64,000 nt of DNA. It comes from Felis catus. Lineage: Eukaryota. This document shows positions 11,995-24,280 of this stretch, piece by piece (position 1 is the stretch's first letter; the number at the start of each line of letters is the position of its first letter). The position numbers and the translations under genes were made by a program. Under the pieces are notes generated by a model, which did no database searches, was not told where the DNA came from, and was given only the letters and a program-made list of their open reading frames with translations. The stretch covers positions 114,330,001 to 114,394,000 of the forward strand of contig NC_058368.1 in NCBI RefSeq assembly GCF_018350175.1, in the 5' to 3' direction.

Positions 11995-12137
11995 GAGGTC
12001 ATGGCTGGATCTGGGGAGGCTGCAGCGACAATGTGGAATTTGGGGAAAGGATCTCCAAACTCTTTGTGGACAGCCTGGAAAAGGGAAAGGATGCCAGAGC
12101 CCTGATGAATCTTCACAACAATAGGGCAGGCAGGCTG
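11995..12137 (+). CDS. WNT8A: Wnt-8a coding exon 5
   Basis: TAG acceptor; (G)[47 protein letters not shown] with Wnt motifs WxWGGCSDN and MNLHNNxAGR; donor CTG|GTAGG. Confidence 0.97.
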
Positions 12138-13039
12138 GTAGGTATAGGAGTCCACCAGTGAACTATCAGTTTCAGTACTGGCAATAGCCTCACATCTGTA
12201 CAGCTTACCAAGAGCTGTCTCATACTCATATGTCATCCATACAGCAGTTATCAGGACTGGGAGGGCTACCCCCAGTCTCTGAATGACAACGCCAGTTCAG
12301 GCTGAGCCAAGTGGCTTGGCCAAGGCAATACAACTAACTATAAGCGTCAGAACCAGGCAATAAACTCAGATCTTCTACTTTAGTCTTATCCCTAGACATT
12401 AGGGTCTAGCCCCTTCCACAGGCAGGTTTCTGAGAACACAGAACAATATAGTACCAAAGCCTTGCTTCTATGACTTAAAATTTTACCCATTTCAACTGCA
12501 TGTTCTAGGAAATTGATGGGGGTTTTCATCCAACCTGTGTCCTAAAATATGTCTGGGCTTCGAGGCATTGGGACTGATCTGGGCTTCTCTGGAGGGCCTA
12601 TTCTACCCCCAAAACTTCTGGATTATTCTGAACTCAAATCTGGAAACAAGTTGGATTTAGTGCTAAGAGCAGAAAAATTTCCCTTTGAACCTACATCTGG
12701 ATGACCTAGTTGCCCAGGGCAAGGGTAAGAGGTTTTCAAGGCAATTAATTACACTCATGGGTAATTGCCTCAAGGGTAAGCGTTCAGACTGCAGGAGCTT
12801 CCCTCCCTCTGGGAGAGGACAAATCAAAACCCTTACAAATACTCCAGGTCCCACTTTCAGGACAATAACAGTGCCAATGATCATATTTTCCCCTTTACAC
12901 AGTACTTTCTTGATCATTCTTATTCCAATGAGAGAGAGAAACAGGCTCAACAAGTGATGGAGTTGGGCCTAGAGCCCAAGGTTTCTGATTCCAGTAACCT
13001 CAACACTTGTCTGACTTTCCCGAAAAATACCCAAGGGAA

Positions 13040-13155
13040 CTTTAAAATTACCCACACTGAGGCCTTTATACCCCTGAACATTCCAATTGAGAAGATCTGA
13101 GGTGGGGCCCAAGAATAAGTGTTTTTCACAGGCCTCCCCAGTAATTCTGATGCCC
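13040..13155. mobile_element. MER5-like hAT-Charlie fossil in WNT8A intron 5
   Basis: GATCTGAGGTGGGGCCCAAGAAT...CTCCCCAGTAATTCTGATGC resembles the MER5 core. Confidence 0.5.
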
Positions 13156-13258
13156 TCCAAAGTTAAGAAGCTCAACTCTAAAATATTCCATTTAATTACT
13201 AGCCTTTGGTCTTCCCTACCCAGAGTCATTCTTTTTCGTTCTCTTTCTCTCTCTGAAG

Positions 13259-13780
13259 GCAGTGAGAGCCATTATGAAAAGGACCTGCAAATGTCATGGC
13301 ATCTCTGGAAGCTGCAGTATCCAGACATGCTGGCTGCAGCTGGCTGACTTCCGGGAGATGGGAGACTACCTGAAGGCCAAGTACGAACGGGCCCTGAAAA
13401 TCGAGATGGATAAGCGGCAGTTAAGGGCTGGGAACAGTGCTGAGGGCCACTGGGCACCCACTGAGGGATTCCTTCCTAGTGCAGAGGCTGAGCTGATCTT
13501 TTTGGAGGAATCACCAGATTACTGTACCCGCAATTCCAGCCTGGGCATCTATGGCACAGAAGGTCGGGAGTGTCTGCAGAATAGCCACAACACATCCAGG
13601 TGGGAGCAACGCAGCTGTGGGCGCTTGTGCACCGAGTGTGGCCTGCAGGTGGAGGAGAGAAGAACTGAGGCTATCAGCAGCTGTAACTGCAAATTCCAGT
13701 GGTGTTGCACAGTCAGGTGTGACCAGTGTAGGCATGTGGTAAACAAGTACTACTGCACAAGCTCCCCAGCCAGTGCTTGA
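13259..13780 (+). CDS. WNT8A: Wnt-8a last coding exon
   Basis: AAG acceptor; Wnt signature CKCHGISGSC with the lipidated Ser, C-terminal CNCKFQWCCTVRC; TGA at 13778-13780. Six exons total 1032 nt = 343 aa with consistent phases. Confidence 0.98.
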   Translation, partial: AVRAIMKRTCKCHGISGSCSIQTCWLQLADFREMGDYLKAKYERALKIEMDKRQLRAGNSAEGHWAPTEGFLPSAEAELIFLEESPDYCTRNSSLGIYGTEGRECLQNSHNTSRWEQRSCGRLCTECGLQVEERRTEAISSCNCKFQWCCTVRCDQCRHVVNKYYCTSSPASA

Positions 13781-14350
13781 TAGCACCCCACTCAAATTCA
13801 CTTGCTCAGTTGCATGACAATGGAAGCGGACACAGCTTCTTTCGCAGAGAGAGTGAATTCGAAAACAACTGGAATATCACAGGGTTGGCCTGTAGTCGTC
13901 TTCGTATCTGCTATTCATGGGGGGAATGGAGGCCCACGGTTATACAGCATATTCTCCACAGAGTTGAAATTGGAACCTGGGTTTCTAACTTGGGCAGACC
14001 CCATTTCATCTTTCTTGTAAGTTATTTCCTGGTCTTTGTGCCTGTACTTTTGCAGCTTGTTAAAGGGGAGTTTGGTTTGAGGGTCATATACAGAAGGACG
14101 CTCAAAGTACTTGTTGCTGTAAGTTTCAAATCACATCCAACCCAGCTGTGCTGCTGAGAATCAGAGGGAATCAAAGAGTTCTGACAAGACTCCTGAAGGA
14201 GCAACCTTCCCCTGTGCTGTCTGGCTCCAGGAAGACCAACTATATGTTCATGAAGACAGATAAGTGGGGCAGAGACCTTATATCTGCCCAGTGGGAGGTT
14301 TTTAGGGTGTTGAGTTTTTCATCTGAGTATGCACTTTTATAAAGTTCTCA

Positions 14351-14448
14351 GGGGGCTTGCCTGGCTCAGTCAATAGAGCATGTGACTGTTGATCTTGGAG
14401 TTTTGAGTTCAAGCCCCACATTGCGTGTAGAGCTTACTTAAAAAAAAA
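14351..14448 (+). mobile_element. Short tRNA-Lys-like SINE in the presumed WNT8A 3' UTR
   Basis: CCTGGCTCAGTCAATAGAGCATG...GAGTTCAAGCCCCAC, A tail. Confidence 0.8.
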
Positions 14449-14699
14449 ATTCTCCTCATAAAACCCTGGGGAAACCAGGACCCCAACATAAGCTGAGGAC
14501 TTTTCCAGCTCAGAAACCATCTCTCTAGCCATAGAAAAAGGATGGTCACAGTAAGTGGACAGGTGACTCCAAAGTTACCTAGACAAGTCTCCTCCTGCCC
14601 CAATCATGCACCCAAAGAGGGATTTCCGCCCCCCCCCCAAAGAGCTGTAAAATGACTGTTTTGTTATTTTCCCAGATTGGGAATTCAACCTCATTTTGC

Positions 14700-14705
14700 A
14701 ATAAA
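14700..14705 (+). terminator. Candidate WNT8A polyadenylation signal
   Basis: First AATAAA I found after the stop, with a T-rich tract ~30 nt downstream; another AATAAA near 14864. Confidence 0.5.
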
Positions 14706-15326
14706 TGCTAGAATATATATCAATCTGAGACCTTTTATTTCTCTCTTTGTAAACCTTAGGATAAGAAAGGGAATGGGAAACCCTGCTTCTATATTCCAAT
14801 TATACCCAAGGCTAAGGGGAAAATGGAAATATCCAACCCCCTTGATATAAGTGTTTGAGAGAGAATAAAATTGAGGACCAGGAACTGGCCAATAAGAAAA
14901 TAATCCAAACTCCTAGATTTAGAAGGTATTACCCTTAATACAACCTAAGAAACTTGAGGAACAAGGAAGCCCTTTCAACTTGAACCATACTCAAAGTGTG
15001 TTTGTGCTTTTAAACTTGGGCTTCCTGGGGTGTCTGTATGCCTCAGGGAGAACGTGGGCAAGAGACTAGGAAAGTTATGGATTCTATCTTCTTCATTTGC
15101 ACTTCTACATCTTCCAGTGGCAAACTTTGGAGAAGGAGCTCCTGAGGGCTCAACAACTGGTCTCCTAAACCTGAGCATCTCAGCTTTAGGAGTCTCCCCT
15201 CTGTGCAAAGACCAACCACCCTGCAGGGAGGAGGTATTTCAGATATGTTGAATAAACAAGTAAAATGAACGATCACCAAGAATGGAAAAACATTCTCAGC
15301 TTAATGTTTTAAATCAGAAAACAATT

Positions 15327-16520
15327 GGGGTGCCTGGGTGGCTCAATCAGTTAAGCTTCACCAAAGTCAGGTCATGATCTCATGGCCAGGATCCTGAGTT
15401 CAAGTCCTGCGTCAGGCTCTCTGCTATCAGCACAGAACCTGCTTCAGATCCTGTCTCCTCCCCTCTCTCTGCCCCTCCTCTGTTCTTTCTCTCTCAAAAA
15501 TAAATAAACATCAAAAAAATAAATTAGAAAATAATTTAAATGTTCAACAGTAGGGCAAACTAGTTAAATCATGGCCCCACAATGAAATTATCAACCATTA
15601 AAATAATATTCTTGAGAAATACTTAGTAACATGAGAAACACACATGATATATTAAATGAATAAAATTAATCATAAAACAGCATGTTGAGGATAACCCAAT
15701 TTTGTTTTTAAAAATATGAAAATACTCGGGCACCTGGCCGGCTCAGGTGGTAGAGCACATGACTCCTGATCTTGGGGTTGGGAGTTCAAGCCCCACACTG
15801 GGCATAGAACTTATGTTTAAAAATGTGAAAATATTTGCTATCATATAATACCAACATAGAGTGATTTGTTTTCCTTTTTGGGTTTTTCTGTATTTTTACA
15901 CTTGTCTACAAAAAACCAAATATTTTTCTTATCAAAAAATAATGAGTTATTGGGGCACCTGGCTGGCTCAGTTGGTAGAACATGCAACTCTTGATGTCAG
16001 GATTATGAGTTAGTGCTCCCTTAAAAAAATAAGTACTTAAAAAATACTTGCCATAAAATACTTTTTTAAAAAAAGAATGAGGGGCACCTGGGTGGCTCAG
16101 TCGTTTAAGTGTCCGACTTCAGCTCAGGTCACGATCTCGCGGTATGTGAGTTCGAGCCCTGTGTCAGGCTCTGGGCTGATGGCTCAGAGCCTGGAGCCTG
16201 CTTCCGATTCTGTGTCTCCCTCTCTCTCTGGCCCTCCCCCGTTCATGCTCTGTCTCTCTCTGTCTCAAAAATAAATAAACTTTAAAAACAAAACAAAACA
16301 AAAAAGAATGAGAGGTGCCTGGATGGCTTAGTTGGTTAAGCGTCTGACTTTGGTTCTGGTCACGATCTCAGTTTGTGAGTTCGAGCCCCACATTGGGCTC
16401 CACGCTGACAGCTAGGAAGCTGGAGCCTGCTTCAGATATGGTGTCTCCTTCTCTTTCTGCCCCCCACCCCCACCTGCTCACACTCTGTCTCTCTCTCTCA
16501 AAAATAAACATTAGAAAAAA
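15327..16520 (+). mobile_element. Cluster of five SINEs downstream of WNT8A
   Basis: Heads at ~15327, 15728, 15952, 16081, 16313. Confidence 0.8.
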
Positions 16521-16566
16521 ATTTTAAATTACTAATTTTTTAAAATGCCAACAGGAAATAACCCAC

Positions 16567-16580
16567 CTTTTCTTTCTTTC

Positions 16581-16640
<60 letters not shown>

Positions 16641-16642
16641 TC
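16567..16642. repeat. (TTTC)n microsatellite
   Basis: Direct reading. Confidence 0.95.
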
Positions 16643-19600
16643 AGTAAAAAGGAAGGTGAAATATTCCTTCTGGTGCGTTTACAACTACCATAGATGCCAG
16701 AGACAGGGAGAAATCCATAAAGTGCAGCCTATGTCAAGGAAAGGGAAGATTTCCTTTACCTCTGTCCTAAGGAAGTTTACAGAAAGACACTACAGTTAGT
16801 GACACAGGAAATGTATGTGTGTTGGTAGTGGAAAGGGGAGCAAGACACTAAGCACAAAAATTATGGTGAAGAAATAGGTAACCAAAACAATATTACCCTG
16901 GGGCTCAGAGGAAAAAAAAATTTTAAAACGATCTGGCCTTGAGGTCAATCCTTTAATACACATAGATGCCAAAGTGTCCATTATGAAACCTGAGTTGTGA
17001 CACTGTGCTAGGGAAATGAACAAACTAGATATTCTCCCTTCATTCCTAACTGAATCTCCATCCAAAGGACCCAGGTACCGACCTGATGCTTTGACATTTC
17101 CCCCCCAGGACTTCCCCGAGGTTCCCAAATAATCCTGAAGTTGGTGTGGGGGGGGGGGGGGATTCAAAAACAAAACAATTCCCGCTGCCCTGTACAAACA
17201 TGATCATTCAAGAGGAGCATGCCTTGTGTTTTCTGTGGCTTTATATCTGAGGTTTTCACAGAACAACTGAGAATTCCTACTTCCCCAAAAAGCTCATAGT
17301 CTAGCTCCTTCCAAGTCTCTTCCATCCTCATTCATCTTACTTTCATGGCAATCAATCACATCAACCAATCTTCCCACATAGACCCTGAGCCAGGAACTAA
17401 AGGAATTTAGATTCTCTACATCCATCACCTTCCTGTCAGGGATTCATTCCAAGGCATTACAGTGTTATTCAGATTCACTAGTTACAACCCTACACTCCTT
17501 CCCTTTTGGCTTGTCCTTAACAAACTGGCTATCATTAAGGTGACAAAACAGTAAAACTCCTATGTTCAATAGGTTCAGGGCTCAAGACAGGGAGATTGGC
17601 CACAGTCTATGGTAGGTCTTGAAAACCTATTGAAAAAGGAATCAACTCAATAAGGGAATCCTGTCCATGAGCCTATTTGCATATTTCAGATCCAGGCACT
17701 GCTTCACATGGCCTGGAGAATAGAAGCCTGTATTTTCTCCGTCTGGATTAAAGGAAAATATTCTTATGCTTGCCAAGCCCCTCTCACCTCATCTCTGCTC
17801 CTCTCCTTCCACCTCCTTTCTCCTCTCCTCCTCCTGGTCCTCATCCTTGTCCTAGTCCTCCTTCCTATCTGACCTTTGCCATGGGTAGAATCAGGGGCTT
17901 CTAAGAAAACCATGAGGCTTGTTCCTAGAGTCTCCTAGGGTCGGTCCCCTGCCAATTTCCTCAGGGCTTGCTAGGGCTTCCTTGTAACAGTATGGTGAAA
18001 AGAAAGTACTTGACCCACTAAGTGTCAAGTACTTAGTATCTATTATATCCTTCAATCCTGGGAACAATCCAATTAGAGAGTTACAATTATTCCCTTCTTA
18101 TTACTGAGGAAACTGGTTCAGAGAGGTTAAGCACCTAACCTAAAATTAAACACAGGGGGGTGAATTTGAATTCACGCCACTATCACACAAACCAAACCCA
18201 TACACTTTCTTTACACCACTTAGGCTCTGGAAGCCCAGGGATCTCTGGTGACATTCTTAACTGTTCTGACAGCTTTGTAGAATGACTACCATTCATATGC
18301 AGTGAAAGGTGTCCTCTTCTTCCCTCTTCTGCAAGTAGGAGAGTTAAATTTCTCAGCCCTTCTCCAGAATGTAGAAACCTAACTTTTGACTTGCAAAGGC
18401 CTTCCTTAGAATGATAAAGCAAGATAGCCTGACTCCTGCTGACTTGGGAGGGCAGAATCCTGGTTTGCTAGGGGGTACTCAAAGAAAAATGCTAACAGTT
18501 ATGGTCTATATTAGAGGTCAAAGTTTCAAAGGAATGTCAAAGGAGGAGTGTTTATTTTAGAGGGCCGAGGAAGGAAAAACAGGATCCAGAGAAAGACAAA
18601 TTTCTAGCCCCAGATCACAAACTACTTACAATAATTGATCACAAAAGACAGAGAGAGACTGGGCCCAGATACAGATGTTTGGATTGAAGGGAAATGAAAT
18701 GAAAGCACGGACCAGAGCAAAGTCTTCAGGAGAAGTTAAAGACCTTTGAGTAGGACTATAGCTCTAAACTAGCTAATCCTGCTGCATTCCCTAACAAACA
18801 GGGGAATGTTGGGTTCAGAGGAAGAAAGTAACCTGCCCAGGGTCACCAAATGAGATAAGTAAAGAGGTAACACGAGACTCCAAGGCCCTGAACATTCTCC
18901 ACAGTTGGTGTTCTGCCTACCCTGCCAGAATGCCCTTTTCATCAGAAAAGGGATGTTCGGTGACCAGTGGAAGCAATGGGGAAATTAGGCCAAGGCTCCA
19001 GGAAGCCTCAGACCACATTAGGCCAGTAAAGGAGTAGGGAGACCAGATAGGGGAACAGAGGACGTAGGTAAGGGAAAAGGCCTGGTGGTGCACCAGGAAC
19101 CCAAATTCATTCCCACATTCCTCTCTGATCCACAGTTAACTGTGCAAACCTATGTTGGGACTCAGAGGTACTGAAGTCCCTTATCATTTCTTCACCAGGA
19201 GCTTCTTGAAGTCTATACGAGATCACTTGATTGAGCCATGTGCTTCTTAACAGAAGAGTTCCTAATCAAACACCTAAGGAGGAGCATACTGTACACTCTT
19301 GAAAGACCATCAAGGGGGAAGGAAGCCAGTCCTTCCTTTCCTGTGATAAACTGCTTATCAGTTGCTGCAGGTCTAACCTGAATCAGCACTGCTTTATTTT
19401 AAGCCCACCAAATCTTCTAGGATCTCTCATTATGAATCAGGCCTTCAAAGTCTCCTTTTCTCCAAGCTAAATAAACCTAATAACTCCAGTTTCTCACTAG
19501 TTCTCTCTCACACTCTTTTTCCCAGACTATCTTCAAATGCACCAAATTTAGGCTTCTATGAATAGTTAAGCGGGATGCAAACCACATATCCTTCTCAAGT

Positions 19601-19879
19601 CTCACTGCCATATCCTCTTTGCCCTCAAGTATCTGAAGAATCTACCTGTTCTCTGCCAACACAGCACTTTGCCCCTTCAGGCCCTATTTGCATTTCTCCA
19701 TAACCCAAATTCATTTCTAACCCCCTTCATTTCAGCCAAGTAGCCTTGGTTCTCATCTCCATCAGCTGGGACCTCAAGCAGCAAAGTCCTCCATAGCAAG
19801 GGGCTTGCAGTGGTGCAGGGGCTTGCAGTGGCGCAGGGGCAAGAACATGAAACTAACAATCAGGACACACTTTTTTCTC

Positions 19880-21335
19880 TGCTTTCACCCTTGGAGAACT
19901 TACCTACTCTAAAACTCCAGTTTTGTTTCTCTGCTGATGATTCCTAAATCACCACCTCTGTGTAAATTCTAGGCACCACAGCTCTATTGTTTCTTACCAT
20001 TTCTACCAGAGGGACAGCAGTGACTTTCTCTTATGACTTCTGTTTCTGTCAAGTGGTGTAAGGAAACTTTGAGGGACTGAGGCTTACTCCTGAATCTTCC
20101 CAGACTCACCTTTTCATACTTAATCATCTTCCTTTGGTTTGCCTTCCAAATCTATTCCCTTCTCTTCATTGCCTTTGCCTCCAATGGACTAACACTGTTG
20201 TACCGTGTAGATGAATTTTGCACTCAATAATTTGTATCTTGTTTCTCAACTCTGTATTTAACTCATTGTTACCACATTTATCTTACTCATATACTACATT
20301 CAGTTCATCATCATTTGATCAAAAAACAAAACAAACAAGGACACCTGGCTGGCTCAGTTGGTAGAGCATGCAACTCTTGATCTTGGGGTTCAAGTCCCAC
20401 GTTGGGACATAGATTGTACTTGAAATAAAATTTTTAAACCTTTTTTAAAAAAAGAAACATGCAATGTCCTAGAGAATAAAATCCCGGTTCTTTGGCCTAC
20501 GTTTGAAGTGTCCTAAACTAGACAATATCCCACAGTAAACATTTAAAAATTTTTTCTAGGGGCGCCTGGGTAGCGCAGTCGGTTTAAGCGTCCGACTTCA
20601 GCCAGGTCACCATCTCGCGGTCCGTGAGTTCGAGCCCCGCGTCGGGCTCTGGGCTGATGGCTCGGAGCCTGGAGCCTGTTTCCGATTCTGTGTCTCCCTC
20701 TCTCTCTGCCCCTCCCCCGTTCATGCTCTGTCTCTCTCTGTCCCAAAAATAAATAAAAAACGTTGAAAAAAAATTAAAAAAATTTTTCTATACATACATT
20801 CTCATAAAAAATATGTTTTTGATGAAAAAATTCAAAAATTCAAACAATTTAGGAGTAAATAGATCAGAAAGTGAATAATCAGCTTTACTCCCTTCTTTTT
20901 CCAAGCCACTGCCCTTCCTACAGGTCACCTGCTCCTAACTTGCTTTTCCAATTTTATCCTTTGCTTCCTCAGCTCCAGCCAGACCAAGTCATGACAGTTC
21001 CTCACATATAGCATTCCCATGCAACTTCTGTGTCCCACTAGAGACCATCTTCTTTCTCCCTGAAATACTTTTGCCCTAACTATTGACTCTCCCTCTCCAA
21101 ATACTCTGTCCTTAAGGTTTATTAGCTGCTCTTTGAAATTGCCTGCCAATTATTTGATAGAATCTAAATATCGCTACCTATGATATCTAGGCATTATGTC
21201 TTTTTTCTATGTCTCAACAAGAGGGCTGACAAATCTCTTCCTTGGAGGTAGAACCATGTTACCACCTCTCAGTGCCTCTGTAAGACTCTCACAACACTCT
21301 GCATGTGGTGGGTGATTACTGTTCTCCTGACATTA
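19880..21335 (+). mobile_element. Decayed LINE-2 fragments interrupted by SINEs
   Basis: CTGCTGATGATTCCTAAATC and AGAATAAAATCC...CTTGGCCTAC type L2 segments; boundaries approximate. Confidence 0.4.
20559..20778 (+). mobile_element. Young felid CanSINE
   Basis: CpG-rich near-consensus copy (GGGCTGATGGCTC type); flanking AAAAATTTTT(TT)CTA repeats. Confidence 0.92.
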
Positions 21336-22631
21336 AATAGTTCATGGAATCTCAGAGAAAGAAGACCTAAGTCATCTCCTAGAACCCTCTCACCTTGCAA
21401 AAGAGGAAAGTAATTTGTTCACAGTTATTTGCCTATAGGTAAAAGTCAAGATGAAGATAGATCTCATGTCTCCTAATTCTAAGTTCAAGCAAACCCTAGG
21501 TCTTTTGCTCTGGGGTGGATCCATACTATTCTCAAAACTAACTAGTGGGGCAATAACTCAGATAGGTAACTGATGGGTGAGGGCTTGGGTGTGCTATGTG
21601 AAATTAAAAAAAATTTTTAATAACAAGAAGAAAAGAGGGGTGCCTGGGTGACACAGTCAGTTAGGCTTCTGACTCTTGATTTGGGGTTAGGTCATGATCT
21701 TGTGGTTCATGGGATCAAGCCCCGCATTGGGCTTGGCACTGACAGTGCAAAGCCTGCTTAGGATTCCCTCTCTCCTCTCTGTCTCTCCCCTACTCGCACT
21801 CTCTCTCTTTCTCTCTCTCTCTCTCAAAATAAAAAAATAAACACTAAAGAAAAAAAGAAGAAGAAAAGAGAAGAACATATGATGTTCCCAAACACACCCT
21901 TACCACTTAAGCCCAAGAAGAAGGAAAAGGTCAGTCCATTCCCTACTCTTCACTGCATGTCCCTTTCTATAGTACTCATTTTAACTTGGCTTTACCCGTA
22001 TAAAAATATTGTAAGGCACAGGGATGCCTTGTTGGCTCAGTAGTAAGAGCACGCAACTCCTGATCTTGGGGTCATGATTTTGAGCCACACATTCGGTGTA
22101 CAGATTACTAAAAAATAAATAAATAAACTTGAAAAAAATTGTTGTAGGGTACTTCAGAGTACTTTGGACTTCTTTTATTTCTGGAAACTCCAGTGCTCTT
22201 TTTATTGCTTTATTATTTATGCCTATTGTCCCAAGTATAAAAGTAATTGTGCTTCCTTTCACACTGAAAAGTTTCCTGTCTTGATGATGGTTATACACTG
22301 ATCCTATTTATAACCTATTTCATTCATTCATTCATTCATTTAATAAATATTTACTGAGCACCTACTCTTTTATAGGCATAAAACAAATGCAGGTGATACA
22401 GAAGTTCATGACACTGACAGGTCTCTCTCTGCCCTCATGGAACTGGCATTCTAATGAGAACATATACAATGAGCAAATAAAAAATTAAATTATCACATAC
22501 TGAGATAGAAATAATTATGATTGTTATAAGGCAGCAACATCTTTAGATAAAGTGGTCAGAGAAGGCTTTCTGTGAGTTGACATTTAGGCTGATACTCAGA
22601 TGAACAGGATCCAATTATAAAAGCTTCAGGA

Positions 22632-22857
22632 GGGGCGCCTGGGTGGCACAGTCGGTTAAGCGTCCGACTTCAGCCAGGTCACGATCTCGCGGTCCGTGAG
22701 TTCGAGCCCCGCGTCGGGCTCTGGGCTGATGGCTCAGAGCCTGGAGCCTGTTTCCGATTCTGTGTCTCCCTCTCTCTCTGCCCCTCCCCCGTTCATGCTC
22801 TGTCTCTCTCTGTCCCAAAAATAAATAAATGTCGAAAAAAAAAATTTAAAAAAAAAA
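22632..22857 (+). mobile_element. Young felid CanSINE with perfect 15-bp TSD
   Basis: ATAAAAGCTTCAGGA at 22617-22631 and 22858-22872; CpGs intact. Confidence 0.95.
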
Positions 22858-24039
22858 ATAAAAGCTTCAGGAAAGCATATTCCAGAAAGAAGTGTTATAA
22901 ACAATAAAGTCCTGGGGCTTCTAGGTGGCTCAGTTGGTTGGGATTCTGACTCTTGATTTCGGCTCAGGTCATAATCCAGGGTCATGCAGTCAAGCCCTGC
23001 ATCAAACTTCACACTGGGTGCGGAGCCTGTTTAATATTCTCTCTCATTCTCTCTCTCTCTCTCTGAAATTTAAAATAATAAAGGGGGAGGGTGCCCACGT
23101 GGCTCAGTTGGTTAAGCGTCTGACTTCAGCTCAGGTCATGATCTCACAGTTTGTGGGATTGAGCCCTGCGTCAGGCTCCAGGCTGACAGTTTGTAGACTG
23201 CTTGGGATTCTCTTTCTTTCCGCCTCTCTCTGCCCTTCCCCCACCCGCTCTCTCTTGCTCTCTCAAAATAATAAATAAATAAACTTAAAAAAAAAAAAAG
23301 AAAGAAAGCAATAAAGCCCAAAGCAGAAAAGAGCTTGAAAAATTCTAGGAGTTGATAAAAGCTTGATGTGACTAGAGCATGGTTTGTATGTGGTGACATG
23401 AGGTGAACTTAGAGAAGCAGGCAGAGGTCAGATCATCCAAGATCCAGTGGGTCACAGTAAAAAGTCTGAATTTTACTTCAGAGAAATGGGAAGCCACTAA
23501 AAGATTTTAAGTGGGGTGCTGATTGGATCCTATTTACTTTGTAAGAAAACTCATACTGGCTCATATGGAAAATGGACTGGAGAGAGACAAGCATGGAATC
23601 CTGAAGACAAAAGGGCAATTATATATTAGGCCAGGCAAGAGCTGATGGTAGCTTGGAATAAGGTAGGGCCAGTGCGACTAGAGAGAACAGGAAAAATGAG
23701 AAGTATGTACAAATGAAGTAGAACCAATAAAATTTGCTGAAGCACTGGATGTGGTGGGTAAGAAAAGAGGAGGGATCTAGGAAAACTTCTGGTTTTCTAG
23801 CTTTAGTAAGTGAGTGGCAGATGATGCCACTTATGGACATCAGCAAAATGAGAGAGGAAGACATTAGGGCTAATGGGAAGACGGGAATCAAGAGTTTCAT
23901 TTTACCTTATTTTATTTTATGTAGGCTCCATGCCCAACGTGAGGCTTGAACTCATAGCCCTGAGATCAAGAGTCACATGCTGTACTGACTGAGCCAGCTA
24001 AGAACCCAAAGAGTTCCTTTTAAACTCAGTCAGTACATT

Positions 24040-24280
24040 GGGGCGCCTGGGTGGCATAGTCGGTTAAGCATCTGACTTCAGCCAGGTCACGATCTCGCAG
24101 TCCCTGAGTTCGAGCCCCGCGTCAGGCTCTGGGCTGATGGCTCGGAGCCTGGAGCCTGTTTCTGATTCTGTGTCTCCCTCTCTCTCTGCCCCTCCCCCGT
24201 TCATGCTCTGTCTCTCTCTGTCCCAAAAATAAAAAAAATAAATAAATAAAAATAAAAAAAAATAAACGAAAAAAAAAAAA
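24040..24280 (+). mobile_element. Young felid CanSINE inserted into a short SINE
   Basis: Near-consensus copy; AGTCAGTACA repeated on both flanks. Confidence 0.88.

Noticed and set aside
13777..14157. 126-aa ORF overlapping the WNT8A stop, reminiscent of bicistronic teleost wnt8a
   Set aside because: Starts at TTG and has no Wnt cysteine pattern or signal peptide; ordinary 3' UTR.
18004..18034. 11-bp perfect inverted repeat AAGTACTTGAC / GTCAAGTACTT
   Set aside because: Isolated, at the edge of a decayed MIR, and too short for a pre-miRNA.
19799..19840. 18-bp tandem duplication AGGGGCTTGCAGTGG(T/C)GC
   Set aside because: Two copies only; simple slippage, no spacer structure, not CRISPR-like.
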